Origin: Erysipelothrix larvae
GTDB lineage: Bacteria > Bacillota_I > Bacilli_A > Erysipelotrichales > Erysipelotrichaceae
Length of the DNA stretch: 32,000 nt
NCBI RefSeq assembly: GCF_001545095.1
Contig: NZ_CP013213.1
Coordinates: 1,800,001 to 1,832,000 of the forward strand
Direction of reading: 5' to 3'
Shown here: piece by piece, positions 1 to 9,634 of the stretch
Layout: each line of letters starts with the position of its first letter
Numbering within the stretch: the stretch's first letter is position 1
Translations under genes and position numbers: made by a program
The notes under the pieces: generated by a model
Database searches by the model: none
The model's input: the letters and a program-made list of their open reading frames with translations, nothing else
What the model was told of the DNA's origin: nothing

Positions 1-134
1 ATTACTGGAGCATTTTCTGCTGTTGCTGCCCCAATTATAGCTCTTGCCTGTTCCATATTTGTACAATTAATTGCGACAACAGCATAATAGTTTTCGTGTG
101 CATGTTGTAACATGCCTTTCATTGAAACATACAT
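1..134 (-). CDS. class II ketose-bisphosphate aldolase (fructose/tagatose-bisphosphate aldolase family), N-terminal part; the gene runs off the left edge
   Basis: Hand translation of the minus strand from the ATG at 134 gives MYVSMKGMLQHAHENYYAVVAINCTNMEQARAIIGAATAENAPVI. This fits the conserved N-terminus of class II aldolases. It lies directly downstream of the PTS EIIC gene on the same strand. Confidence 0.6.
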   Translation of the reverse strand, partial: MYVSMKGMLQHAHENYYAVVAINCTNMEQARAIIGAATAENAPV

Positions 135-153
135 AATTTTTCTTTACCTTTCA

Positions 154-1206
154 CTAATCCAGTGCTGCTTCTTCGGTCAGAGGTTTCTTAATAATCGCAT
201 AAATAACACCTGTAATAATTGTACCGATTCCTAAACATGTTAAGAAAACAAGTGGGTTATTCATCATTGGAACAACAAATATTCCACCATGTAAAGCCGG
301 AGATTCAACCCCCCACATTAATGCTAAACCACCTGCTACCGCAGAACCTGGAATTGTTGAACACCAAACTCGAATTGGGTCATTTAGATAAAATGGGATA
401 GCTCCTTCGGTGATATAACACATACTTAAAGGAACTGCTACTTTCGCATTTTCTATATCTGCTTGAGTAAATTTCTTTCGAGCTAACAATACAGCAAGTG
501 CCATTCCTAAAGGAGGTGCCATACCAGCTGCCATTTTTACAGACGTTGGTCCATAAACTCCATCAGCATTCAATCCATTTGCAAATGATGCTGCAGTTTT
601 CGTAAACGGTCCTCCGAAGTCAATCCCCCAACATGTTCCCATTACTGCTCCAAGAATGAATTTAGATCCTCCTTGTAATGATGCTAGCCAATTAACCATT
701 GCGTTCATTACAAATGCGATAGGCTCACCAATAATGAATTGGAAGATACATCCAACCGCTAAGGTAACAGTTACAGGAATAACAAGAATCGGCATAATAC
801 CCGTTGCCCAATTTGGTACCTTTAGTTTTTTGAACGCCAATACCATATAACCAACAAGGAATCCACCAATCAACCCTCCAACGAATCCAGCGTTAATTTC
901 ATTTGATAGATAACCAATTGCTAAGGCAGGACCAATTGCAGGTCTATCACCAATTGAATATGCAATTGCTGCTGTTAAAATAGGAACTGAGAAGAAGAAC
1001 GCTGATGCACCAATCTGATTAATTAAATAAGCAAATGTACCAGGATTATTCGCAACATCATAGCCACCAATTGCTTTTGCAATGGCCATGATAATTCCAC
1101 CGGCTACAATAACAGGGATCATATACGATGTTCCAGTTAAAAATGATGCTTTTATTTTTTCTCCTTGACTGACTTTTTTGTTATTTTTTCTAGTGATAGT
1201 TGCCAT
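154..1206 (-). CDS. PTS fructose-family EIIC permease component
   Basis: 350-aa polytopic membrane protein rich in glycine and hydrophobic residues, with typical fructose-subfamily IIC sequence. Its start overlaps the EIIB stop (TAATG), suggesting translational coupling. Confidence 0.85.
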   Translation of the reverse strand: MATITRKNNKKVSQGEKIKASFLTGTSYMIPVIVAGGIIMAIAKAIGGYDVANNPGTFAYLINQIGASAFFFSVPILTAAIAYSIGDRPAIGPALAIGYLSNEINAGFVGGLIGGFLVGYMVLAFKKLKVPNWATGIMPILVIPVTVTLAVGCIFQFIIGEPIAFVMNAMVNWLASLQGGSKFILGAVMGTCWGIDFGGPFTKTAASFANGLNADGVYGPTSVKMAAGMAPPLGMALAVLLARKKFTQADIENAKVAVPLSMCYITEGAIPFYLNDPIRVWCSTIPGSAVAGGLALMWGVESPALHGGIFVVPMMNNPLVFLTCLGIGTIITGVIYAIIKKPLTEEAALD

Positions 1207-1514
1207 TATGAAATTGCCTCCAATAATTCATCTACAAGACCTAATCCGTCTTTTACAGCTTCTGATACTCTACATTCAAGCACAGGAATATCATCAAATC
1301 TCTCAGGATTTCTAATTTTCACATCACTTGCAATGATAATACCAGCTGCTCTAGAAATGTCCTCTGAAGTAATTACGTTTTCAGGTCCTTGAGCTCCTTG
1401 AGTTTCAATCTTAATCTCCACATTACGTTTTTTTGCTGCTTTTTGTAAATTAGCTGCCGCCATGTAGGTGTGTGCAATACCTACTGGGCAGCTTGTGATT
1501 GCTAAAATAAACAT
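1206..1514 (-). CDS. PTS fructose-type EIIB component
   Basis: 102 aa with N-terminal MFILAITSCPVGIAHTYMAA, the phosphocysteine loop of fructose-type IIB. It sits between the EIIA and EIIC genes. Confidence 0.85.
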   Translation of the reverse strand: MFILAITSCPVGIAHTYMAAANLQKAAKKRNVEIKIETQGAQGPENVITSEDISRAAGIIIASDVKIRNPERFDDIPVLECRVSEAVKDGLGLVDELLEAIS

Positions 1515-1525
1515 ATTTTTTCTCC

Positions 1526-1993
1526 TTATCTTTCTTTATCAATACTCTGAAATATACTTATTATTTTTTCTTTCGAAGAAGCATTAACAATACCGGTTCT
1601 AAACTCATCATTCATCAAATTATATGACAAAGTAGAAAGCAGTTTTAGAAAATCACCCGTCTCATTTGCAGGTACCGCTAGCATTATAACAATACTAACA
1701 GGATCCCCATCAAGTGATTCCCATTCAACATTATTTTTTAGTTTTACTATTGTAAAACATGTTTCGTTAACGCCATTACTTCGCGCATGGGGAATTGCGA
1801 TTCCCATTCCAATTCCTGTAGAATACTCACTTTCTCTTTTAAAAACATCATCTTCAAACACTTGTTTGTCATTAAGTAGCCCTTCATTTGATAAAACTTC
1901 AACAATTGAAGATATTACATCTTTTTTTGTATCCCCCCCAAAATCAAATTGAATCAAATTTGGTGTTTTAATTAATATTTCTGCTAAGCTCAT
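1526..1993 (-). CDS. PTS EIIA component (type 2, mannitol/fructose family)
   Basis: Contains the IAIPHARS phosphohistidine motif. I chose the ATG at 1993 (MSLAEIL...) because GAGGG lies 5 nt upstream. The longer ORF in the track starts at a GTG at 2005. Confidence 0.8.
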   Translation of the reverse strand: MSLAEILIKTPNLIQFDFGGDTKKDVISSIVEVLSNEGLLNDKQVFEDDVFKRESEYSTGIGMGIAIPHARSNGVNETCFTIVKLKNNVEWESLDGDPVSIVIMLAVPANETGDFLKLLSTLSYNLMNDEFRTGIVNASSKEKIISIFQSIDKER

Positions 1994-2001
1994 TTTTACC
2001 C

Positions 2002-3921
2002 TCACTTTATAAATTTTTTGAATGATCTAAGGTCTTTGGTTTGAAATAACTTGTCTAGGACATCGACTTGATTAACAAGAGTAATAATTTCGTTGGCAAT
2101 GTCACCAAAATCTTGACTTGACTTAAGGTCAATAGCTAGGGCAAATACGAGTTGTACTTTTGCTCCGTTCCAATCAAATGGTTTTTTCGAAACGAGAAGG
2201 CCAATACCTTGATTTAAGACATGTCCATGATAAGCATGAGGAATTGCAACCATATTTCCTATGAATGTTGAGGATAATTCTTCCCGTAATAGACAGGAGT
2301 CTCTGTATTCATGATCTACAAAACCTTGCTTAAACATTATGTTACTAAGTATTGATATAGCATCATTTTGATCTTGAACTTTCTCATCAAATACTGAAAT
2401 AGATTCATGTAGTAAAGGAATCAATTTAGATCCTCTGGTGTTATCTACTTGAGATTTTCTCAAATTTATTTTTGAAATATCCCGTTCAGTTAATATTGGA
2501 GAGATATAGGCAATGGGTTCCCCTTGAATGTCGAGAGGGATTGTAGATATTATTAAATCATAATCTATCTGATGTTTTTCAATGTTGAGCTTGAAAGATG
2601 ATACTTCACCAACGATCTCAAATTCTGGGAAAAGATTCTCTAGTTTTGCTTTAAGAAACATTACAGTTCCAATTCCTGAAGCGCAAACTAAAATCACTTT
2701 TAATTTCCTTTGTTCTAATTTCCTTGCCCTTTCAAAGGCACCACCGAAGTGCATTGCAATGTAACCAACCTCATCATCATTCATCTCAACATTAAACTGA
2801 TCACTCAGTTTCCGAGAAAATTCTGCTGATAATTCAAACATCAACGGATGTTCTTCTTTTATATTCCCTATGAATGGATTATGTAGTGAAATACCATTTT
2901 TCAAACGGTTTATCATCGGTTTGATATGAAGAAACAATACACTCATAAAATATTCATCTTCTATGAATGGGATATTAATTTTATCCGATAGTGAACCTAC
3001 AATTTTTTCGATCTTCTCATACAACTCTATATCAATTAACTTAACTGATTGTGGTGCTTCGACTGTTTTTGATAAATTTGCACCCATTAAATGGATTGTA
3101 ATATACCCGCATTCTTCATCATCAAGTGAAGTATCCAAATTATGGTTAAGTTCCTGGACTAACTTCTGAGCAATCGTCCATTCTTTTTGCATTGATAGGA
3201 ATTCAAGATCTTTCATTTCTAGAACAACCCTTTTGTTTTTATTTACTCGATTAACAGTTATTGCTAAATGAATAATCAATCCTTTCATTGCTATATATGA
3301 CAAAGAAATGTCATTGTTCTGTTGAATCGTTTGGACTGATGCTATTATGGGCTCTAGTAGAGTATTTGGAAAATAGTCCGTTAGGTCTTTCAATAAAGAC
3401 GTTGTTATTAGTTCACCTGATCGAAACTTAATTAATTCCGCTTTAGCAATCCGAATATTGGTCTCTGACCCTTCTACATGAATCCCAAGTTTTGGCTTTC
3501 GTTTTAACACAATCGAATATTTTTCAAGAAATTTCTCTATTTTTACGAGTTCTCGATAAACTGCACTATTGCTAAGATAAAACGACTCAGCAATGTCATC
3601 AATTGTTCTTGACTCATTTATCTCTAGGAGATTTTGAGCTATAGTTGACCACCTATTATGATCATCTTCTTCGATACACACATCGTTGAAAATGCGTGAA
3701 CGAAACTCATCAATGTCTTCCTGAAGTTCTAGCCAAATTCCCAATGATTGCTTTGATACTAAGGTTGCACCATATTCTGATAAGCAAGTCTTTAAGTGAT
3801 TTATCGAATTGCTAATGGTTCTTTTACTTACGTTCAATTGAACCGCTAAGTCAATGATCCGTACAGGACTTTGGCTATCAAGAAGGATTTCAATAATTTT
3901 TTTCTCGCGCGATTGAAGCAA
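2002..3921 (-). CDS. PRD-domain transcriptional activator (MtlR/LicR-like): HTH, two PRDs, EIIB-like and EIIA-like domains
   Basis: 639 aa. The N-terminus has a winged HTH (IIDLAVQLNVSKRTISNSINHLK). The middle region is PRD-like. An EIIB-like segment reads KVILVCASGIGTVMFLK and the C-terminal EIIA-like segment has AIPHAY. It is the first gene of the PTS operon. Confidence 0.85.
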   Translation of the reverse strand: MLQSREKKIIEILLDSQSPVRIIDLAVQLNVSKRTISNSINHLKTCLSEYGATLVSKQSLGIWLELQEDIDEFRSRIFNDVCIEEDDHNRWSTIAQNLLEINESRTIDDIAESFYLSNSAVYRELVKIEKFLEKYSIVLKRKPKLGIHVEGSETNIRIAKAELIKFRSGELITTSLLKDLTDYFPNTLLEPIIASVQTIQQNNDISLSYIAMKGLIIHLAITVNRVNKNKRVVLEMKDLEFLSMQKEWTIAQKLVQELNHNLDTSLDDEECGYITIHLMGANLSKTVEAPQSVKLIDIELYEKIEKIVGSLSDKINIPFIEDEYFMSVLFLHIKPMINRLKNGISLHNPFIGNIKEEHPLMFELSAEFSRKLSDQFNVEMNDDEVGYIAMHFGGAFERARKLEQRKLKVILVCASGIGTVMFLKAKLENLFPEFEIVGEVSSFKLNIEKHQIDYDLIISTIPLDIQGEPIAYISPILTERDISKINLRKSQVDNTRGSKLIPLLHESISVFDEKVQDQNDAISILSNIMFKQGFVDHEYRDSCLLREELSSTFIGNMVAIPHAYHGHVLNQGIGLLVSKKPFDWNGAKVQLVFALAIDLKSSQDFGDIANEIITLVNQVDVLDKLFQTKDLRSFKKFIK

Positions 3922-4094
3922 ATTATATTCCCCCTTTGTATTTCTGTATAGCTAATGTAATTACACTTATATTATAGACCAGATCAAAAAAAATGCCATT
4001 TTATAAATTGCAATAACATAGTGCAATAATAAAGATGATAAAGTTTTTCAGATAATATAGACTTAGTATATACATTAAGAAAGGATATTAATAT

Positions 4095-5282
4095 ATGATA
4101 AATTTTGAATTTCATAACCCAACGAAAGTAGTTTTCGGAAAAAAATCCGAAAGCCAAGTTGGTCAACTCATTAAAAGCTTTAACGGTAATAAGGTGCTAA
4201 TCCATTATGGAGGAAATTATTTATTTGAAAATGGTGTTATGGATGCAATAACAACTAGCATCACTCAAGAAGGTTTAGAATATATACTATTTGGAGGTGT
4301 TGTTCCTAATCCAAGATTAGAATTAGCCAAAGAAGGTGTTGAGTTAGCAAAAAGAGAAAAAGTAGACTTTATTCTTGCTGTTGGGGGTGGTAGTGCAATA
4401 GACTCAGCTAAAGCTATCGCATATGGCCTCGTAAATGACTTTGACTTAGAAGACCTATTTATGGCAAAAGTAACTACATCAAACATAGCACCAATTGGTT
4501 GCATCTCAACTATAGCAGCAACCGGTTCTGAAACGAGTAATTCAACTGTTGTTACACTTGAATATAATGGTGAAGTATTAAAACGTTCCTATAATCACGA
4601 TTGTGCTAGACCACTTTTTGCAATTATGAATCCAGAGCTAACATTCTCAGTTCCTCCGTATCAATCTGCAAGTGGCGGAGCAGATATTATGTTTCATACC
4701 ATGGAAAGATATTTCTCAAATACAGAAGATGTGAAGTTAACCGATAAAATCGGTGAGGCGATTCTTCAAACCGTATATCAAGAAGTTCCGAAAGTATTAA
4801 CTAATCCTAATAATTACGAAGCACGAGCTAACTTAATGTGGGCAGGCAGTCTTTCACATAATGGGCTGACAGGAACAGGTAGAGCTTCTGATTTTCCTGT
4901 GCACAAAATATCGCATGAGTTAAGTGCAATGTATGATGTCACACATGGTGCTAGTTTAACAGCAGTTTGGGGAACATGGTCACGATATGTACTAAATAAT
5001 CACATCAATAAATTTGCTCAGCTAGCAGTTAATGTATTTGGAATTGATCCAAATTTTGAAGATTTAAAAGAAACTGCATTAAATGGAATTGTTGCATGGG
5101 AAACATGGTGCAAAGACATAGGAATGCCAACTTCTTTATCAGAACTAGGGGTTAATCCAACAGATAAAGAGATTGAAGAAATGGCAAATCATGCAGTGAT
5201 GACAGGAGGTGGGACAATTGGGAAGTTCTTTAAACCCTTATCTCAAAAAGACGTTGTTAATATTTTCAATCTTGCAATGTAA
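4095..5282 (+). CDS. iron-containing (group III) alcohol dehydrogenase, butanol dehydrogenase-like
   Basis: 395 aa with the Fe-ADH signatures GGGSAIDSAKAIA and HELSAMYDVTHG. An AAGAAAGGA ribosome binding site lies upstream. Confidence 0.9.
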   Translation: MINFEFHNPTKVVFGKKSESQVGQLIKSFNGNKVLIHYGGNYLFENGVMDAITTSITQEGLEYILFGGVVPNPRLELAKEGVELAKREKVDFILAVGGGSAIDSAKAIAYGLVNDFDLEDLFMAKVTTSNIAPIGCISTIAATGSETSNSTVVTLEYNGEVLKRSYNHDCARPLFAIMNPELTFSVPPYQSASGGADIMFHTMERYFSNTEDVKLTDKIGEAILQTVYQEVPKVLTNPNNYEARANLMWAGSLSHNGLTGTGRASDFPVHKISHELSAMYDVTHGASLTAVWGTWSRYVLNNHINKFAQLAVNVFGIDPNFEDLKETALNGIVAWETWCKDIGMPTSLSELGVNPTDKEIEEMANHAVMTGGGTIGKFFKPLSQKDVVNIFNLAM

Positions 5283-5297
5283 TTAAATTTTAAATTA

Positions 5298-5337
5298 AAA
5301 GGACAGTTCTATGTCGGCATAGAATTTGTCCTTTTTT
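5298..5337 (+). terminator. rho-independent terminator after the alcohol dehydrogenase gene
   Basis: aaggacagttctatg ... catagaatttgtcctt forms a stem and is followed by a T-run. Confidence 0.6.
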
Positions 5338-5989
5338 AGTATAAATATGCATATAATGATTGTAATAAAAAGGCAAATATAGAATTACTAATGTGTTTTT
5401 TCACTACAAATTGAATCATTCTTCTTCGATGTATTAGAATCTATATCAAACTATCCACTAAATGATTATTCGCTCTGGTTGAGGAATTATTCGGCATTAC
5501 CCCAGTCAGTGGATAGACATACTATGAATAGAAGAATAACTTTCATTCGTATTGTATATCACAGTTCCGATGATAAAGATGTATTTCAAATCTATGCTAG
5601 GTTATTATTTCAATAATATTCGTTTGAAAATCATTAATTCATGTAAACAAATTCATAAGAAAGCTGTCGGGTTTTATATATTATTTCTGATTATTATACT
5701 GCTGTAACATTGTAACAGTGAAGAAATAGGATACACGATCATTGTATAAGTGAGACATAAAAGGACTTATTATGAGCAGATCCCAAAATCTCGAACAAAG
5801 ATGAGGATATGCAGTTCTCTATAAGTCTTTACGTTTTTTTGATTTGATTTAAACTAACAACGCTTATATCTGTGCTGTATTCAAGTTTACACACCTTTAC
5901 AATGCTTCAATTATATTCGAATTCTCCATTAAATCGATCAAATATTCTCCTTTTACTTCATTTCTATATTTTCCTAACAAGTAGATTCC

Positions 5990-6757
5990 TTATAGAACTA
6001 AGAAGTTGATAAAGTTCAGAAGTACAAGAAAAACCATCACACAACTAAATAAGCGTTTCAAAGTGTTTTCTGATGTACGTCGCCCAATATAAGTTCCAAT
6101 AACACCCCCTAATAAGGCAAAGGGTATGATGTATAAAAGGTATGAAAGGTCAAAATAAGTGAAGCCTCGTGTGAGTCCTTTTGTTGCAAGTGATGTGATT
6201 TGTGAGAACATAATGGTCGCAATGGAGTAAATGGTTGCGGCTTTGAAGTTAAACCCAAAGAGAATTGTGAAGGCTGCGACATTAATGGGACCGCCTCCAA
6301 TGCCTAAGAATGCGGACATGAATCCTAACACGATCCCTACTGTAAAGATTGCGAGTTTATTTTTTATTTTGTAGCTTTTATAGCGAATGATCATACTTGA
6401 GAGTACAAACAACAATAAGACAATGAGTATTGCGGATTGGATATTTGAGACAATGGGTTCACTGAATACTTCGATGAGTGCGTCAAAGACCATGGTACCT
6501 ACAAAACCACCCAATGCTGCTCCGATTGCAACTGTCACCACAATATTCAAATCAAACTGTCGTTCTCCTTTTAGATTCTTATAAACGCTGTAACACGACA
6601 TTACAAGCACCGCACAGGATGAATAAAAAGAAATTGATGTGACATCGTGATACCCTATAAAGTCAAACATGGGCTTGATGATCACGCCCCCACCAAGACC
6701 AGTCATAGCGCCGATTGAGGTTGCGGTAAATACGATAAGGCTGTAGAGGATTTTCAT
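5990..6757 (-). CDS. TauE/SafE family sulfite/anion exporter (membrane protein)
   Basis: Polytopic membrane protein with duplicated GxGGG motifs (GLGGGVIIKP, GIGGGPINVA) typical of TauE/SafE. The first ATG is at 6757 (MKILYSL). The track ORF begins at an upstream TTG. Confidence 0.8.
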   Translation of the reverse strand: MKILYSLIVFTATSIGAMTGLGGGVIIKPMFDFIGYHDVTSISFYSSCAVLVMSCYSVYKNLKGERQFDLNIVVTVAIGAALGGFVGTMVFDALIEVFSEPIVSNIQSAILIVLLLFVLSSMIIRYKSYKIKNKLAIFTVGIVLGFMSAFLGIGGGPINVAAFTILFGFNFKAATIYSIATIMFSQITSLATKGLTRGFTYFDLSYLLYIIPFALLGGVIGTYIGRRTSENTLKRLFSCVMVFLVLLNFINFLVL

Positions 6758-6921
6758 TGCGCACCACTTTCTAATGTGAACCAAGATTCGGGTTCTCTTT
6801 TTAATATGTTTTGTTTTAGTGTTTTATGGTTTTGTCTGTTTCGTGACTAATCGTCATTTATACTTACGCATCAATCACCTTTGTGATATGATATGTCTAA
6901 TTTATAAAAAGGAGATTATGT

Positions 6922-7851
6922 ATGATTCCCATTATTGATTGGCACTGTGATGTGCTTTATAAACTTGAGAAACATCCTGAATGGCGTTTCTCTGATTGTG
7001 AGCATCTTGATGTGAATGCCCTCAAGATGAGACAAGGCGGAGTTAAGGTTCAAGCGTTCGCGCTTTTTATTGAACCATCCATTCCCATTGAAGATAAGTT
7101 TGCATCTGCAAAGTGTCAAGTTGAGCGGTTTAAAACCCATGTACTTTCAACACCCGGCTTTGTACAGATTCGTCATTTCAAAGAAATTCATGATCTTAAA
7201 GACGATGAAATTGGGGTGTTCTTAACCCTTGAAGGGCTTGACTGTGTTGGGTCTGACCTTGATAAAGTGAAGTATTTCCTGGATGAAGGTGTACTTTCTG
7301 TTGGTTTTACCTGGAACAATGCGAATCTAGCCTGTGATGGCATCATGGAACCACGGGGTGCAGGGTTAAGTGCATTTGGATATGACGTGGTGTCACTTCT
7401 TAATGAGCGTGGTGTGTTTGCGGATGTATCCCACATTAGTGAACACGGATTTGAAGATATCCTTAACAGTGCTGATCATGTTATCGCAAGTCATTCAAAT
7501 GCACGTTCTGTATATCACCATGTCCGTAATTTAACGGATCATCAACTCAGTCGGATGCTTACAAAAGGGGCACCCGTTCACCTGGTCTTCTTTAGTCGAT
7601 TCACGTCCGATCATTCACCGTGTACACTGGATGACCTTATAAAACACGTTGAATACATGATTCAAATGGGTTTAGTCTCACAACTTGGTTTAGGTTCTGA
7701 TTTTGATGGAATCGATGATAAGATTGTTGGTCTTGAAGATTCCAGTCAAACCCAAAACTTACTCTCTCATCTTGAAAAGCACTTTGGACAGGACATTGCA
7801 CAGCGTATTGCTTATAAGAACTTCATGCACTACGTTGATACAAAGCTTTAA
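6922..7851 (+). CDS. membrane dipeptidase, peptidase family M19
   Basis: M19 motifs are present: IIDWHCDVL, SHSNARSV and GSDFDG. A GGAG ribosome binding site lies upstream. Confidence 0.85.
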   Translation: MIPIIDWHCDVLYKLEKHPEWRFSDCEHLDVNALKMRQGGVKVQAFALFIEPSIPIEDKFASAKCQVERFKTHVLSTPGFVQIRHFKEIHDLKDDEIGVFLTLEGLDCVGSDLDKVKYFLDEGVLSVGFTWNNANLACDGIMEPRGAGLSAFGYDVVSLLNERGVFADVSHISEHGFEDILNSADHVIASHSNARSVYHHVRNLTDHQLSRMLTKGAPVHLVFFSRFTSDHSPCTLDDLIKHVEYMIQMGLVSQLGLGSDFDGIDDKIVGLEDSSQTQNLLSHLEKHFGQDIAQRIAYKNFMHYVDTKL

Positions 7852-7861
7852 ATACCCTTAT

Positions 7862-7888
7862 ACATTCTCATATTGGGAATGTTTTTTT
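7862..7888 (+). terminator. probable intrinsic terminator after the dipeptidase gene
   Basis: acattc ... gaatgt forms a short stem followed by T7. Confidence 0.45.
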
Positions 7889-8057
7889 ATGCGGTTTTAA
7901 TTTGATGGGACCATCACTATAAACACGCACTTTTCACAGTATGTGTGTACACATTCAAAACACGTCAACATCAGGTAGATATCGACTGCTTCGCTTATTA
8001 TTCGCACAATTTGTATTCTAACACTTTAGGCTATGCCACACCATGAAATCTCGATTA

Positions 8058-8094
8058 TTCACATGGTGATTCAAAATTCTATCACTTATTTCAC
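8058..8094 (+). promoter_or_regulatory. conserved 37-nt element (TTCACATGGTG...TATCAC.TATTTCAC), copy upstream of the LPXTG gene
   Basis: 31 of 37 positions are identical to 11614-11650, and nearly identical to 16315-16351, both upstream of the Mga-like regulator copies. It lies 188 nt upstream of the 8282 start codon. Confidence 0.35.
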
Positions 8095-8281
8095 AGAGAT
8101 TTCTCATTGAGTTTAACCCATATCATTTTTACGGGCATTATAACAACCTTTTATACGAATAAGTAAGGTGCATGCGTGTTTCAGATAGGTCCATATTGTA
8201 CTCACATATAAACTTAGGTACGATAGGTGTATAAGGAATCTTTATCCATGGGTTTATATCGGATAAAGATAGGGAGGGACT

Positions 8282-9586
8282 ATGAAACATAGACTGAAAT
8301 TGTATTGTTTTTATATCATTGCTGTATGCACGTTGTGCTTATGTGTGTTCTTTAGTTTACCTACGTATGCAGACGATACTTCATCTGAAATTCCACAAAC
8401 ACTCACAGATATCAAAGAGGCTTGGGTCGAAGATATTACGCGTAACAGTGCAAAGTTTGTTGTGACAGCTGTGGATGAAACACTGGATTATAAAGTACAG
8501 TGGCAACAGTATAATGGGACACAATGGGATGACATACCCAATGCAACAACCCCAACATATGCACTCACAAACTTACCATCTAATACAAGTGTTTCGGTTC
8601 GGGCGAAGATGTTTGTGTCCACAACCAAGACGATTGCTCCAGATGAGAACGAGTATATTTTTTATGGGTCACTTGTGCTTTGGGATACTGACGATGATGG
8701 TTGCAGTGATGTCATGCCTGCGGAAATTGAAGAAAGCATGGGGGACTCAAGTGATGAAGTCATCCTAAGAAATGCGATCCAGGTGCTTCAAGAATCACCT
8801 ACAGACAGTAATATCTATGTTTGGAACGGAGCAACGAATCATCATGATTATAGAGCATGGTGTAAAGCAACATTAGTGTACCCAAATGGTGGCTTGGCGA
8901 TTCCAGCGGATGAAGTTGATGCGTATAAAACCTTATCAACAGTTACAACGCGTGAAAGTATTTCACCTACATTAACCTTTACAACATTAATTGATCCAAA
9001 TACATATATACCAAAAATAGATACGATTGAAACTAAAACAATCACGGATAACAGTGCAACCATCAACGCATCAACCAAGGATATCATTGATGATTTAATC
9101 TATGAGTGGCAAATGCTTATTGATGGTTCATGGAAAGTCATCGATGGTGAAACATCATCAACACTATCGCTATCTAACTTAACAGATGATACTTCATATA
9201 CAGTAAAAGTAACAATCACAAATCCGTTGAATAACGAAACAACTTCAAAGGAATATACGTTTAAAACACTACCAAAGGCAGTTAGTGAATGTAAGTGTGA
9301 GGCCACACCGAAACCTGCTGAACCAGCACCAGTTAAGCCTGCTGAACCAACGCCAGTTAAACCAGTTGAACCAACACCAACAGATCAATCAACTCAACAG
9401 GATAATACACAGCGTACATCAACTCAACAACTTCCCGCAACATCTGGGACAAACACACCTATTAAGACCCCAGCTCAAGAACTTCCAAACACTGGACAAC
9501 ACCACATATTCATGCCGATTGGCTTCGTTTCACTTTGTGTTGGATGCTTCTTAGTGGGATATCTTCGATTCAAACGAAATCAATAA
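8282..9586 (+). CDS. LPXTG-anchored cell-wall surface protein with two Fn3-like repeats and a Pro-rich stalk
   Basis: It has an N-terminal signal peptide and two related modules of about 90 aa (ITRNSAKFVV... and ITDNSATINA...). A PKPAEPAPVKPAEPTPVKPVEPTP stalk follows. The C-terminus has LPNTG, a hydrophobic segment and RFKRNQ. An AGGGAGGG ribosome binding site lies upstream. Confidence 0.85.
   Translation: MKHRLKLYCFYIIAVCTLCLCVFFSLPTYADDTSSEIPQTLTDIKEAWVEDITRNSAKFVVTAVDETLDYKVQWQQYNGTQWDDIPNATTPTYALTNLPSNTSVSVRAKMFVSTTKTIAPDENEYIFYGSLVLWDTDDDGCSDVMPAEIEESMGDSSDEVILRNAIQVLQESPTDSNIYVWNGATNHHDYRAWCKATLVYPNGGLAIPADEVDAYKTLSTVTTRESISPTLTFTTLIDPNTYIPKIDTIETKTITDNSATINASTKDIIDDLIYEWQMLIDGSWKVIDGETSSTLSLSNLTDDTSYTVKVTITNPLNNETTSKEYTFKTLPKAVSECKCEATPKPAEPAPVKPAEPTPVKPVEPTPTDQSTQQDNTQRTSTQQLPATSGTNTPIKTPAQELPNTGQHHIFMPIGFVSLCVGCFLVGYLRFKRNQ
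9313..9384 (+). repeat. three 24-bp tandem repeats encoding the P(A/V)EP(A/T)PVK stalk
   Basis: The units are cctgctgaaccagcaccagttaag, cctgctgaaccaacgccagttaaa and ccagttgaaccaacaccaacagat. Confidence 0.7.
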
Positions 9587-9608
9587 TTCGTCATACTTCA
9601 ATCAGTGA

Positions 9609-9634
9609 AAAACACTCCTTAAGGGAGTGTTTTG
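9609..9634. terminator. bidirectional terminator shared by the convergent LPXTG and cupin genes
   Basis: aacactcc ttaag ggagtgtt forms the hairpin, flanked by an A-run on one side and a T-run on the other. It overlaps the last codons of the cupin gene. Confidence 0.6.

Noticed and set aside
154-3921. The PTS operon as a possible unusual system
   Set aside because: It has a standard PRD-activator, EIIA, EIIB, EIIC and aldolase layout with normal translational coupling. Nothing about it is out of the ordinary.
5451-5516. 9-bp inverted repeat (ctatccact / agtggatag) enclosing about 47 nt in the 650-bp ORF-free gap between adh and tauE; also a hairpin with a T-run around 5760-5840
   Set aside because: The stems are short, with no flanking promoter or conserved motif that I recognise. 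In AT-rich DNA this could be chance. I note it only as a possible small-RNA region needing transcript data.
8475-9554. Several 64-97-aa ORFs on both strands inside the LPXTG gene
   Set aside because: They are overlapping or antisense frames of a strongly supported CDS and have no ribosome binding sites.
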